Assembly (NCBI GenBank): GCA_947459185.1
Contig: CANHCU010000004.1
Span: forward strand, 1,673 to 65,672
Direction: 5' to 3'
DNA: 64,000 bases
Origin: Planctomycetaceae bacterium
Lineage (GTDB): Bacteria; Planctomycetota; Planctomycetia; Pirellulales; UBA1268
The notes beneath the pieces were generated by a model, which had not been told where the DNA came from, ran no database searches, and saw only the letters and a list, made by a program, of their open reading frames with translations. Every line of letters begins with the position of its first letter. Position 1 is the stretch's first letter. A program made the position numbers and the translations under genes. Shown one piece after another: positions 46,429 through 55,136 of the stretch.

Positions 46429-47553
46429 TCAGTAGACGTCTTTGAGGTAGCGTTTTTCATTTTTCATGAGGGTTTCCGAGACCCACTCGTCGGCCTGATC
46501 AGGCGTTTTACCGCCATGCTTGGCCACGATCGTCACCAGAGATGCATGAACGTCTTTGGCCATTCGCTTTGCGTCGCCGCAGACGTAGAAGAAAGCACCC
46601 TCGTCCAGCCAGCGATAGAGTTCAGCACCCTCTTCTTCCATGCGGTGCTGCACATAGATTTTGTCGGCCTGATCTCGGGAAAATGCGGTGGAGAGTTTGT
46701 GAAGGAGTCGGGATTTCTGGGCAGCCCGAAATTCCTCGCCGTAAAGGAAATCGGTTTTCGCGTGCTGATCTCCGAACAAGAGCCAATTGCGACCCGAGTG
46801 GCCATGGATGGCACGGTGCTGGAGAAAGCCTCGAAACGGGGCGACACCAGTTCCCGGGCCGACCATGATCATGTCGCGATCTGGTGGTGGGAGATGAAAA
46901 TGGCGTGTGGGTTGGACATAGACGGGGACTGACGACTGGTCGGCCAGATCGGCGAGGTAACCAGACGCGAGGCCCTTTTTGTGCCGACCGTGGGACGTGT
47001 ACTGAACGAGGGCGACAGTAAGGTGAGCCTCTCCGGGACGGTGGTCGGGCGAGGACGCGATTGAGTAGAGACGCGGTGCAATCGTGTTCAGGAGACCGGG
47101 AATTTCCGCGGGCTCAAAGTGCACTCCCGGAGCATCACGAAGAACGTCGATCACGTCCCGGTCGAAAATATAGTGGTCGAACTTTTTGTCATCGGCACAA
47201 ACGTCCTGGAATCTCTGCTTTGCCGGGCCCACAGCTTTTTCCGCCACAGCTCGAACAAACTTTTTCCTCACACGGTTGAGCACGGCAGAGGTTGCAATTG
47301 TTTCGTGCAGGGCCGCATCGTTTTGAAGGCCCAACGTTTCGACGAATTCACTCACCAAAGGTTCGGGGTTCCGCGGCACGACGCCGAGGGCATCGCCACA
47401 GGTGTACGTCGGACCCGCGGAGCCTAAATCGATGACGATGTGGCGGGTATCTTTGCTCGAACCTTGCTGGTTGAGTCGGCGATTTTCACGAAGCCGCGAG
47501 GCAAACGGGTTGCGCCGACCGAAAGCCGTCTGGGGAGTGGGGAATTCGGCCAT
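46429..47553 (-). CDS. Stand-alone FAD/NADPH-binding reductase, CysJ C-terminal (FNR-like) module without flavodoxin domain
   Basis: DTRHIVIDLG, PRLYSIASSP, MVGPGTGVAPFRGFLQ, FYVCGDAKRMAKDV, C-terminal RYLKDVY. Collinear with my recollection of the E. coli CysJ FAD/NADPH half. Confidence 0.85.
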   Translation of the reverse strand: MAEFPTPQTAFGRRNPFASRLRENRRLNQQGSSKDTRHIVIDLGSAGPTYTCGDALGVVPRNPEPLVSEFVETLGLQNDAALHETIATSAVLNRVRKKFVRAVAEKAVGPAKQRFQDVCADDKKFDHYIFDRDVIDVLRDAPGVHFEPAEIPGLLNTIAPRLYSIASSPDHRPGEAHLTVALVQYTSHGRHKKGLASGYLADLADQSSVPVYVQPTRHFHLPPPDRDMIMVGPGTGVAPFRGFLQHRAIHGHSGRNWLLFGDQHAKTDFLYGEEFRAAQKSRLLHKLSTAFSRDQADKIYVQHRMEEEGAELYRWLDEGAFFYVCGDAKRMAKDVHASLVTIVAKHGGKTPDQADEWVSETLMKNEKRYLKDVY

Positions 47554-47624
47554 AGTGCTTCAGGCCACCCCTGAGCGACGTGTACCTGAGCGACGTACGA
47601 GGATTTCAGCGACGTTCCGGGATT

Positions 47625-48584
47625 TCACCGTGCCAGTCCTTCTTTCTCTCGGGGGGGCAGGGCATTGCCTTCCGGTCGTTTCCCCTGTTCCAGCCTGGCG
47701 ATCGAACTGAACCAGCTAAACACGCCGAGAACCACGACCCCATAGACCATAGCGACGAGCGCAACGACAAGATCGTAAGGCTTTGGTGTCGACAAGGATA
47801 CACGGAGAAGCACCGTCGAAATAACGAACCCCGCGTTCCGAAAGACATACTCGTACCGATCGTAGTAGGACAGTGACACGATCAGAAGAAACACGTCTGA
47901 AAAAATCATGAACTCGAAGAAGAGCGGGAAGAAAAAGAGGTCCGGATTCTGCGGCGGATGCGGCTGACCTATGACCGTCGCCGGCACGATTCGCAACCAA
48001 CTCGCGAAATTGAGTGCGGCGAGTCCTACCAGGACGAAGAGCAGCAACACGGCAACGGCTTTTTTCAGCTCGATGAAGCCGTCGAGATTTTTCTCAATCG
48101 AGATCTTGGGCGTCCTCTGGCGAATCAGGGTGAATCCGGTAACGATTACGAACATCGCCACAGCACCCACCATGTCGAGCAACACCGCGCCGGCTGCTGC
48201 AGGTTCTGACAGCCAGTTTTCTATGTCTTCAAAGCCTCCGATGTCTTTAAAGACACGACGCACGATGATGAGCGACATGATCTGATACTGCTTGGCGATT
48301 TCTCCGGTATGGGAATTCGCGATGGCGAAAACGAGGAGAATGACCTCGTAGAAAAGAATGATGCTGAACGGTGTGTAGACCGCGTGAAGAGGGCTGCGAT
48401 CGACGCCTTCAAGGATCGTCTGCGGCATGTCGGGCAGATTCCGAACGGCCGCGATGAGCAGGAGATGCATGAGAAAGCCACCTGCGGCGGCAATCACCAC
48501 ACCTTTTTCGAACCAATCCTGTTTCGAGCATTCCGCCAGCCGATCGAATAACGTGGCCAGGAGATGGCGGACTGATAGAAACAT
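47625..48584 (-). CDS. Polytopic membrane protein of unknown function (~8 predicted TM)
   Basis: Clean 319-aa ORF with repeated hydrophobic helices (FLMHLLLIAAV, FSIILFYEVILLVFAIA, LLDMVGAVAMFVIVTGF, VAVLLLFVLVGLAAL, LFFFPLFFEFMIF, VVALVAMVYGVVVLGVF). No family recognised. Confidence 0.6.
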   Translation of the reverse strand: MFLSVRHLLATLFDRLAECSKQDWFEKGVVIAAAGGFLMHLLLIAAVRNLPDMPQTILEGVDRSPLHAVYTPFSIILFYEVILLVFAIANSHTGEIAKQYQIMSLIIVRRVFKDIGGFEDIENWLSEPAAAGAVLLDMVGAVAMFVIVTGFTLIRQRTPKISIEKNLDGFIELKKAVAVLLLFVLVGLAALNFASWLRIVPATVIGQPHPPQNPDLFFFPLFFEFMIFSDVFLLIVSLSYYDRYEYVFRNAGFVISTVLLRVSLSTPKPYDLVVALVAMVYGVVVLGVFSWFSSIARLEQGKRPEGNALPPREKEGLAR

Positions 48585-48697
48585 CGGGTACCAAAGCTTT
48601 CAGTGGAACTGCTGCGTGGGGGGTGTACTCGATGCATCCTAACGCTGCGTCAACAAAGCGAGTTGCGTCACTTTTTTCGGCTCTTTGTTGGGCTGCG

Positions 48698-48735
48698 AAA
48701 AAAAAGCACCCCGCACGTTGAAACGTACGGGGTGC
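48698..48735 (-). terminator. Intrinsic terminator after the fasciclin gene
   Basis: Minus strand: gcaccccgtacgt-ttc-acgtgcggggtgc (one mismatch) followed by T8. Confidence 0.75.
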
Positions 48736-48792
48736 CGATTGAGAGAGCCGGAACATGTCAGCCGGAACCTGGCAGTCAGTTCGGCACGATCG

Positions 48793-49281
48793 TTACGGCA
48801 GAATCACGGCGTCGATCACGTGGATCACGCCGTTGCTCGTCTTGATGTCGGTCTTGGTGACGTTCGACATCCCCTTCGCGGTGCCGACCTTCACGCCGCC
48901 CGTGGTGGAGATCTTCACAGCCGCTCCGCCGGCCGTCTTGGCTTCCGTGAGCTTGACGACGTCAGCCGCCATCACCGAGCCCGGCACGACGTGGAGCAGC
49001 AGGATTTCCTTCAGCTTGCCCTTGTTTTCGGGCTTGAGGAGGGTTTCGAGCGTGCCAGCCGGCAGCTTGGCGAAGGCTTCGTCGGTCGGAGCAAAGACCG
49101 TGAACGGTCCGGCACCCTTGAGGGTATCGACCAGTTCGGCAGCGGTGAGGGCGGCGGCCAACGTCTTAAACGAGCCGGCTCCGACAGCCGTCTCGACGAT
49201 ATCAGCAGCCCGACCGACCGACATCGAACCAATCAGGCAGCAGGCCATCGCCACGATGGCGGAAAAACGGGACATCTTCAT
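48793..49281 (-). CDS. Secreted fasciclin (FAS1) domain protein
   Basis: Signal [72 protein letters not shown]. Confidence 0.9.
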   Translation of the reverse strand: MKMSRFSAIVAMACCLIGSMSVGRAADIVETAVGAGSFKTLAAALTAAELVDTLKGAGPFTVFAPTDEAFAKLPAGTLETLLKPENKGKLKEILLLHVVPGSVMAADVVKLTEAKTAGGAAVKISTTGGVKVGTAKGMSNVTKTDIKTSNGVIHVIDAVILP

Positions 49282-49536
49282 GGGGAAATTTCTCTCATAG
49301 GGAAAGGATTGAGTACTCACGTCGGGGGAAGAGTAGCAACCCCAAGCACGCTGCCAAGTGGCAAATCCGGCGCATGAGCCTCTGAAGATGAACGCGGCCC
49401 GCGGCTTTTCGATGTTTTGCCGAAAAGAGAATCGATCGTTTTGTGATAGGACACTTTCGATGGACATGCCGCTCCGCAGAGACGGCACTGCTCCATCGAC
49501 AGCCTGCGGTTAAGGATTCTGATCGATGATTCGTGC

Positions 49537-50799
49537 TCAGCGGCCCGCCCACGCGGCCTCGATCGCGTCGCAGGCGAGTTCGAGGCCGTCGGCATCGGCT
49601 AGCCTGGCGGCGACGTCGCGGCAGCGGGTCGCCACGGCCGAATCGTCGAGCAGCCCGCGAATCATCTCGGCGACCGCCGGCCCACGAAAGCGTTTTGGTG
49701 GCAGGCTCTTCCCTACGCCGAGGCGTTCGATGCGGGCTGCGTTGTCGCACTGATCGAAGCCCATCGGCATGATCACCTGCGGCACGCCCGCCGCGAGCGC
49801 CTGCGACATCGAGCCGATGCCGCCGTGGTGCGCGAGCAGGGCCGATCGCGCGAGCAGCCAGCGAAATGGCACGAAATCAACGTGCCGCACGCCATCGGGC
49901 AGCGATGTCGGCACCTGCTCGGGAAACCGCGTGAGCAGCAGGCCGCGACGGCCAAGCCGCAGGCAGGCCTCGGCGGCGGCTAGAAAGAAGTCGCGTCCAT
50001 ACACATTGGCCGAGCCGGGCGTGAACACCAGCGGCGGCGGGCCAGCTTCGATGAACCGCACGACATCGGCCGAGGGCTCGACCACGCCCTCCTCGCTGTA
50101 AAGCGGAAACCCGGCGAGTCGCGTCTGGGGAGGCCAGTCTCGCTGCCGCGGCGCAAACCACTCGGGAAACATCGCGACCAGTCCCAGCGGCGAATGCATC
50201 CACTCGCGAAAAACACCGCGGACCGGCGGCAGACCGAGACGGCCTCGAAACTCGTTGAGCCACGGGCAGATCGCGCGATCCGAGACGCCATCGACAAGCT
50301 GCCACTGCAGTCGCCGAAACCAGGCCGGTCCGCGGTGCACCGGCAGCACCGGCAGCCGTGGGCCCTCGAAGTCGCTGCGAAAGAGCATCGGCGAGAGGTG
50401 AACGCTTACGAGCGGGATGCCCTGCGCTTCCTGGGCGACACGCGCTCCGAAGGCGAGGCTCGACCCACCAACGAGCGTGCGGCCCGGTGTCTGGTGGTCG
50501 AGGATGCTGCGATACACAGGCTCGAGCAGCGGGCGGATCGCCAGATCGATGATCGTTCGCGCGCCGTGGATCGGATGCCAGATCCGCGGGTTGCGAATCA
50601 TCTCCCGAAAGTCGCTCTCTGGTAGCGGATCGACGAACTCCAGGCCCGCCTCTTCGACGAGCCTGCGGAAATACCCGGCCGTGATGACCGTCACCCGATA
50701 GCCGCGCCGTCGCAACACCCGCCCCAGGCCCACAAAGGGATGCACGTCTCCCGAACTGCCGATGGTGCAGAGGATGACATGGACAAGGCTGTCATCCAT
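49537..50799 (-). CDS. GT1-family (UDP-glycosyltransferase/MGT-like) glycosyltransferase
   Basis: VILCTIGSSGDVHPFVGLGRVLRRRGYRVTV. C-terminal HHGGIGSMSQALAAGVPQVIMPMGFDQCDNA nucleotide-sugar signature. Confidence 0.85.
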   Translation of the reverse strand: MDDSLVHVILCTIGSSGDVHPFVGLGRVLRRRGYRVTVITAGYFRRLVEEAGLEFVDPLPESDFREMIRNPRIWHPIHGARTIIDLAIRPLLEPVYRSILDHQTPGRTLVGGSSLAFGARVAQEAQGIPLVSVHLSPMLFRSDFEGPRLPVLPVHRGPAWFRRLQWQLVDGVSDRAICPWLNEFRGRLGLPPVRGVFREWMHSPLGLVAMFPEWFAPRQRDWPPQTRLAGFPLYSEEGVVEPSADVVRFIEAGPPPLVFTPGSANVYGRDFFLAAAEACLRLGRRGLLLTRFPEQVPTSLPDGVRHVDFVPFRWLLARSALLAHHGGIGSMSQALAAGVPQVIMPMGFDQCDNAARIERLGVGKSLPPKRFRGPAVAEMIRGLLDDSAVATRCRDVAARLADADGLELACDAIEAAWAGR

Positions 50800-50800
50800 G

Positions 50801-52204
50801 CTAATTTTGGCCGCTCTTGCGGAAGTCCCAGGGGGCGACAGGGCTAGGCTGGGCCCAGAGGCCGAGCCGTTGCGACTGGGCCTGCGACTGCAGGGCCGCG
50901 AGCGATGTGTCACGGGAATAGTCTACGTAGTGCCAGGCGTTGCCGGTGGCAACCATCTGCCGGTTGACGTCAACGCCGTTCGAGGAGAGGTGGCCGATCC
51001 AGCGGCCGTAGCGGTCCTTGCCGTCTTCCGTCACCTCGACCGTCTTGCCAAACACCATCTCCGCCAGCACCTCGCGAGACACCTTGCCGTAGTCCTGGCC
51101 GATCTCCGGCGCGTCGATCTCCGCCAGCCTCACCTTCTGCTGCTGGTTCGACTCGTCGAGGCAGGTAACCGTGTCGCCGTCGTGCACGCCCACCACACGC
51201 CAGAGATGTGGACCTACGGAGCGGTTCGCCGACGACTGCATCGGCGAGACACTCACCGGCTGCGCGGGTGTTGACGACGGCGAGATCGGCGTGGGAAACG
51301 ACGAGGCTGGCGACGCGGGAGGGACCGGCGGCTGCGTTGCCGTGGCGATGGCGGCTGCCGAACCGGCCACCATCGGCGGCGCTTCCGTTGACGATGCCCA
51401 CTGGCTCGGCGGTGGCGCCGCCTGAGGGACTCCCGGCGGGGTCTGCTGGACCGGTGCCCACGATGCTGATGATGGTGCTGGTGTAGGCGGCGGTGGTGCC
51501 AGCGCCGGGGCCAAGGGCTGTGGCTGATAGGTCGGTGGTGCCGAAGCGAACGACGTGGCTGGCAGCGTTCCCTGCGGCGGCACGATCGGCGTGCCGGTGA
51601 GCGCCTTCGACCCCGGAGGATATTGGTAGGGCACCGGCTGATAACGGGCCACCGTGGCCGGCGGCAGCGTGTAGGTCGCTGCCGGCGCGCCCTGCGTCTG
51701 ATAGTTCCAGCCCTGCATCGATGCCGGCTGTGTCGCCATCGGCATCGCCTGCCGTCGATTCACCTGCGATGGGCTGGGCATGCCTGCCGCCGCGGCAAGC
51801 ACGGGGGGCCCGATCTGATAGGTGAAGACGTAGGTGGGCGAGTAATACATCGTCAGGGGACGGCCATCCGGTCCGACGCCCTGATAGGGCACGGCCTGCG
51901 GCGTCCAGCCGGTAGGAATGGCGCCGCCCTGGATCACGGCTGAAGGAAGCGCTGGCGCCTGCCAGTAGGGATGCGAGCCGCCTCCGGCCGTCGCTGTGCC
52001 CGACACACCGCCTGTGGCCCAGGCATTCACCGCCTGCGTCGCGGGTGTCGTGGCGACGGGTGATTGCGCGGAAGCGCCGCGGCCGGCCGCGCAGAGGATG
52101 ACCACTGCCACGAGCCGGACGTACAGAGAACCCCAGCGATGTCGGCGTCCCTGCCGCACGTTGTTCGCCCTCCTGGCGACGCCAGGGTTGTAACAGCCCA
52201 CCAC
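50801..52204 (-). CDS. Exported protein: ~330-aa Pro/Gln/Ala/Thr-rich region + C-terminal staphylococcal-nuclease (SNase/thermonuclease) domain
   Basis: VVGVHDGDTVTCLD, KVRLAEIDAPEIGQDYG, DRYGRWIGHL, NRQMVATGNAWHY, LGLWA. Stop is 1 nt from the GT1 start. Confidence 0.8.
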   Translation of the reverse strand: MVGCYNPGVARRANNVRQGRRHRWGSLYVRLVAVVILCAAGRGASAQSPVATTPATQAVNAWATGGVSGTATAGGGSHPYWQAPALPSAVIQGGAIPTGWTPQAVPYQGVGPDGRPLTMYYSPTYVFTYQIGPPVLAAAAGMPSPSQVNRRQAMPMATQPASMQGWNYQTQGAPAATYTLPPATVARYQPVPYQYPPGSKALTGTPIVPPQGTLPATSFASAPPTYQPQPLAPALAPPPPTPAPSSASWAPVQQTPPGVPQAAPPPSQWASSTEAPPMVAGSAAAIATATQPPVPPASPASSFPTPISPSSTPAQPVSVSPMQSSANRSVGPHLWRVVGVHDGDTVTCLDESNQQQKVRLAEIDAPEIGQDYGKVSREVLAEMVFGKTVEVTEDGKDRYGRWIGHLSSNGVDVNRQMVATGNAWHYVDYSRDTSLAALQSQAQSQRLGLWAQPSPVAPWDFRKSGQN

Positions 52205-52410
52205 CCAAGTCCCCGAGAGGACTTTTCAAGTCTCCGCGTGCGGGGAGCTATTTCCTCAGAGAAACATCGGGTGTTTCACCGAATCCGGTGGAATCGACCG
52301 ACGGCTCACGGCACGACTTGCCCCGGCGTTGCCAAATGGGCGGCTGTGGCAAGCTGCGGGGTTTAGTCGGGTTGGAAATCTGCTCGATCCGCGGCCTACA
52401 CTCGACGGCC

Positions 52411-53775
52411 ATGCGGTCGCGGTCGCTCATCGTCGTGTCGGTTCTGGCTGCCTCCCTGTCCGGCATGTGGTGCACTGCTGCCGACACGCTCGAGGCACCC
52501 TCGGTCGATGCCCTCACGGCGTCGGCACGACGGGCAGGGCTACGGGTTCTGGAGGGCGACCACCTCGTGCTCGTCACCGACCGACCGGCCCGCGTCGGAG
52601 ATGGCGTCGAGGATCTGCCCCGCATCTTCGACGAGGCGTGGCTGGCGTGGTGCGGCCATTACGCCCTCGATCCCGCCTCGCATGAAAAATGGCGGGCCTT
52701 CGGCTGCCTTGTCGTCGATCGCGAGCGGTTTCGTGCCGCCGGTCTGCTGCCCGATGCGATCCCCGACTTTGCCAATGGCCATTGCTCCAACCACCGATTC
52801 TGGATGGCAGACCAGTCGAGTCCAGCCTACCGGCGTCATCTTCTGCTGCACGAAGGCGTGCATGCGTTCACGCTCACGCTCCGTTCACTCGACACGCCGC
52901 CGTGGTATACGGAGGGCATCGCCGAACGCCTGGCCACACACCGCCTCGACAACGACAACACGAATCATGATCCCAAGGGAACGATCGTTCGCTTCGTGCC
53001 GTCACCGCTGCCACTGCGTGCCACCGACGTCGAACAGCTCGGCCGCATCGAGACGATCCGGGCCTTGAGGACCGCTGGTGAGTGTCCTGGTCTCGCCGAC
53101 ATCTTCGCCACGCCAGGGGCGAACCACCGCGACCTCTCCGCCTACGCCGGGAGTTGGGCCGCTGTCGCGTTGCTCTCGCTCCATCCGCGGCACGCGCCGA
53201 CCTTTGCCGTGGCCGAACGAGGCCCTCTCGACCCCCAGTTCAATCGGCGACTCAGCGACACGCCCGGCTGGGACGGCGATCAGGCCGAACGAGACTTCGA
53301 CGCGTTCACCGACGAGATCGACTACGGCTACGACTTTTCCCGTTCCGCGATCGACTGGAAACCGGGACGGCCGCTCGATTCGTGCCAGACGATCAGCGTC
53401 GCCGCCGGCCGCGGCTGGCAGAACTCCGGCTGGTCGCTCCGCAAGGGGGCGCACTATTCGCTACGAGCGACGGGCCGCTGCACGATCGGCACGCTGACAG
53501 GGCCTGCCGCCGAGCCGCCTCTAAGGCTGGAAACCGAGGCCAACGGCATCTCACTGCGGTGGTATCGAGGCCGGCCGCTTGGAAGGCTGCTGATCGCGCA
53601 GTGGGTGGAGCAGCCAGACGACGGCGGCCGCCCGCGGTTCGTCGTGGTCGCTGAATGTGAAGGCCGCGAGTTTACCGCCGCCACCGACGGCACGCTCTTC
53701 TGCAAGCTCAACGATCCGCCGGGCGAGTTGGCCGATAACGACGGCCACCTCACGGTCGAGATCGAGCCCAAGTAG
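52411..53775 (+). CDS. Secreted HExxH putative zinc metallopeptidase-like protein
   Basis: Signal MRSRSLIVVSVLAASLSGMWCTAA. HLLLHEGVHAF motif. No further family assignment possible by eye. Confidence 0.55.
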   Translation: MRSRSLIVVSVLAASLSGMWCTAADTLEAPSVDALTASARRAGLRVLEGDHLVLVTDRPARVGDGVEDLPRIFDEAWLAWCGHYALDPASHEKWRAFGCLVVDRERFRAAGLLPDAIPDFANGHCSNHRFWMADQSSPAYRRHLLLHEGVHAFTLTLRSLDTPPWYTEGIAERLATHRLDNDNTNHDPKGTIVRFVPSPLPLRATDVEQLGRIETIRALRTAGECPGLADIFATPGANHRDLSAYAGSWAAVALLSLHPRHAPTFAVAERGPLDPQFNRRLSDTPGWDGDQAERDFDAFTDEIDYGYDFSRSAIDWKPGRPLDSCQTISVAAGRGWQNSGWSLRKGAHYSLRATGRCTIGTLTGPAAEPPLRLETEANGISLRWYRGRPLGRLLIAQWVEQPDDGGRPRFVVVAECEGREFTAATDGTLFCKLNDPPGELADNDGHLTVEIEPK

Positions 53776-53833
53776 CTGCCCGATTCCCTCGCTGGCGCTT
53801 CAGCTTTGATGCGCACGGCAAACTCGCACGCGC

Positions 53834-55108
53834 CTACCCGACCGCCAGTTCTTTCACGGTGCCCGTGCTGTCGCCAAACGCGTCGATCTCGACTCCCGTG
53901 CCCTTGAGCAACGTAAGCCAGACGTTGCAGAGCGGCGTATTCCTGGGTTGGACGATATGGTGGCCCAGTGTGATGCCGGCGCCGCCGCCCGCGATCAGGG
54001 TGGGGCAGTTGTCGAGATAGTGGATCGAGCGGATCGTGCTGCCAAAGACAACGGTGGTATGGTCGAACAGGCTCGACCCATCCGTCTCCTTCGTGGCCTT
54101 CAGTTTGTCGAGGAGCGTGGCCAGCATCTCGCTCTGCGCGAGGTCGCGTTTCTGCGAGGCCGCCATTCGGTCGCCGGGGTGGTAGTGGCTCATGTCGTGG
54201 GAGGCCACCGCGATTCCCAGGCTCTTGAGCAGGTGCTGGATCGGCTGACGGTAGGTGACGACGCGTGTGCTGTCGGTCTGCAGAGCCGCCACGAGCAGGT
54301 CGTACATGATCAAGACCTCCTCGCGGCCGACCAGCCCTTCGCCCGGTTGTGTGAGCGGCGTCTTCGGCTTGGCCGCACCCAGCCAGCGTTCCTCCTTCGC
54401 GAGCCGCGTCTCGATATCGCGGACTCCCTGGAAATATTCGTCGAGCTTGTCGGTGTCGGCGGCACTGAGCCCGCGTTGCACGCTCTTCGCGTCTTCGAGC
54501 ACCGCGTCGAGCACGCTCCGCTTTTTGACGAGCATCTGCTGCCGCTGTGCGAGCGGCACGTCGTCGGCCGAGAAGAGTTTGTGGAAGGCGATCACAGGGC
54601 TGTTGAAACCCGCGATCGGCTTCCCGCGGCGATCCCAGGCCAGGGACAGGCCAGGGCCGTGTCCAGCACCGTCGAGGCCGGGCTCGCTGCCGTTGAGTTG
54701 AAGCGACGCAAACCGCGTGTCGCTGCCGAGTTGGCCGGCCACGACCTGGTCCATCGAGAGCGATTTCGTGGGGCCGGCGCCGGTGAGCCAGACCGTGCTG
54801 CCGCCGTGCGGGTCGCCCGCGAACGCATGCGTGCAGCCCTGCACGACCGTGAAGCTGTCTTTGTGCCGGGCGAGCGGCGCGAGCCCCTCGGTGAGCGTGT
54901 AACCGGCGCCGACATCGTCTTTCTTCGGAAACCATGTCTCCTCGGTCACGCCGTAGCCGATGCCCAGGCAGACCATCCGCCTCGGCCGGGCGGCCACTGC
55001 CGCCCGTGCACACCTGCGGAAGCCAAACGATTCGAGCGAGGGGAGGGCCAGGAGCGTGGTCGCTGCCTGGAGCACGCGGCGGCGGGACGGCATGGGCATG
55101 GGGGGCAT
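53834..55108 (-). CDS. TAT-signal DUF1552-like protein (planctomycete paired family)
   Basis: SRRRVLQAATTLLALP twin-arginine signal. DMSHYHPG, TVVFGSTIRSIHYLDNCPTLIAGGGAG, FGDSTG. Family name is from memory of Rhodopirellula-type DUF pairs. Confidence 0.65.
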   Translation of the reverse strand: MPPMPMPSRRRVLQAATTLLALPSLESFGFRRCARAAVAARPRRMVCLGIGYGVTEETWFPKKDDVGAGYTLTEGLAPLARHKDSFTVVQGCTHAFAGDPHGGSTVWLTGAGPTKSLSMDQVVAGQLGSDTRFASLQLNGSEPGLDGAGHGPGLSLAWDRRGKPIAGFNSPVIAFHKLFSADDVPLAQRQQMLVKKRSVLDAVLEDAKSVQRGLSAADTDKLDEYFQGVRDIETRLAKEERWLGAAKPKTPLTQPGEGLVGREEVLIMYDLLVAALQTDSTRVVTYRQPIQHLLKSLGIAVASHDMSHYHPGDRMAASQKRDLAQSEMLATLLDKLKATKETDGSSLFDHTTVVFGSTIRSIHYLDNCPTLIAGGGAGITLGHHIVQPRNTPLCNVWLTLLKGTGVEIDAFGDSTGTVKELAVG

Positions 55109-55136
55109 CTCCGGGAGGTGCGGCGGCGTTTGAGGT

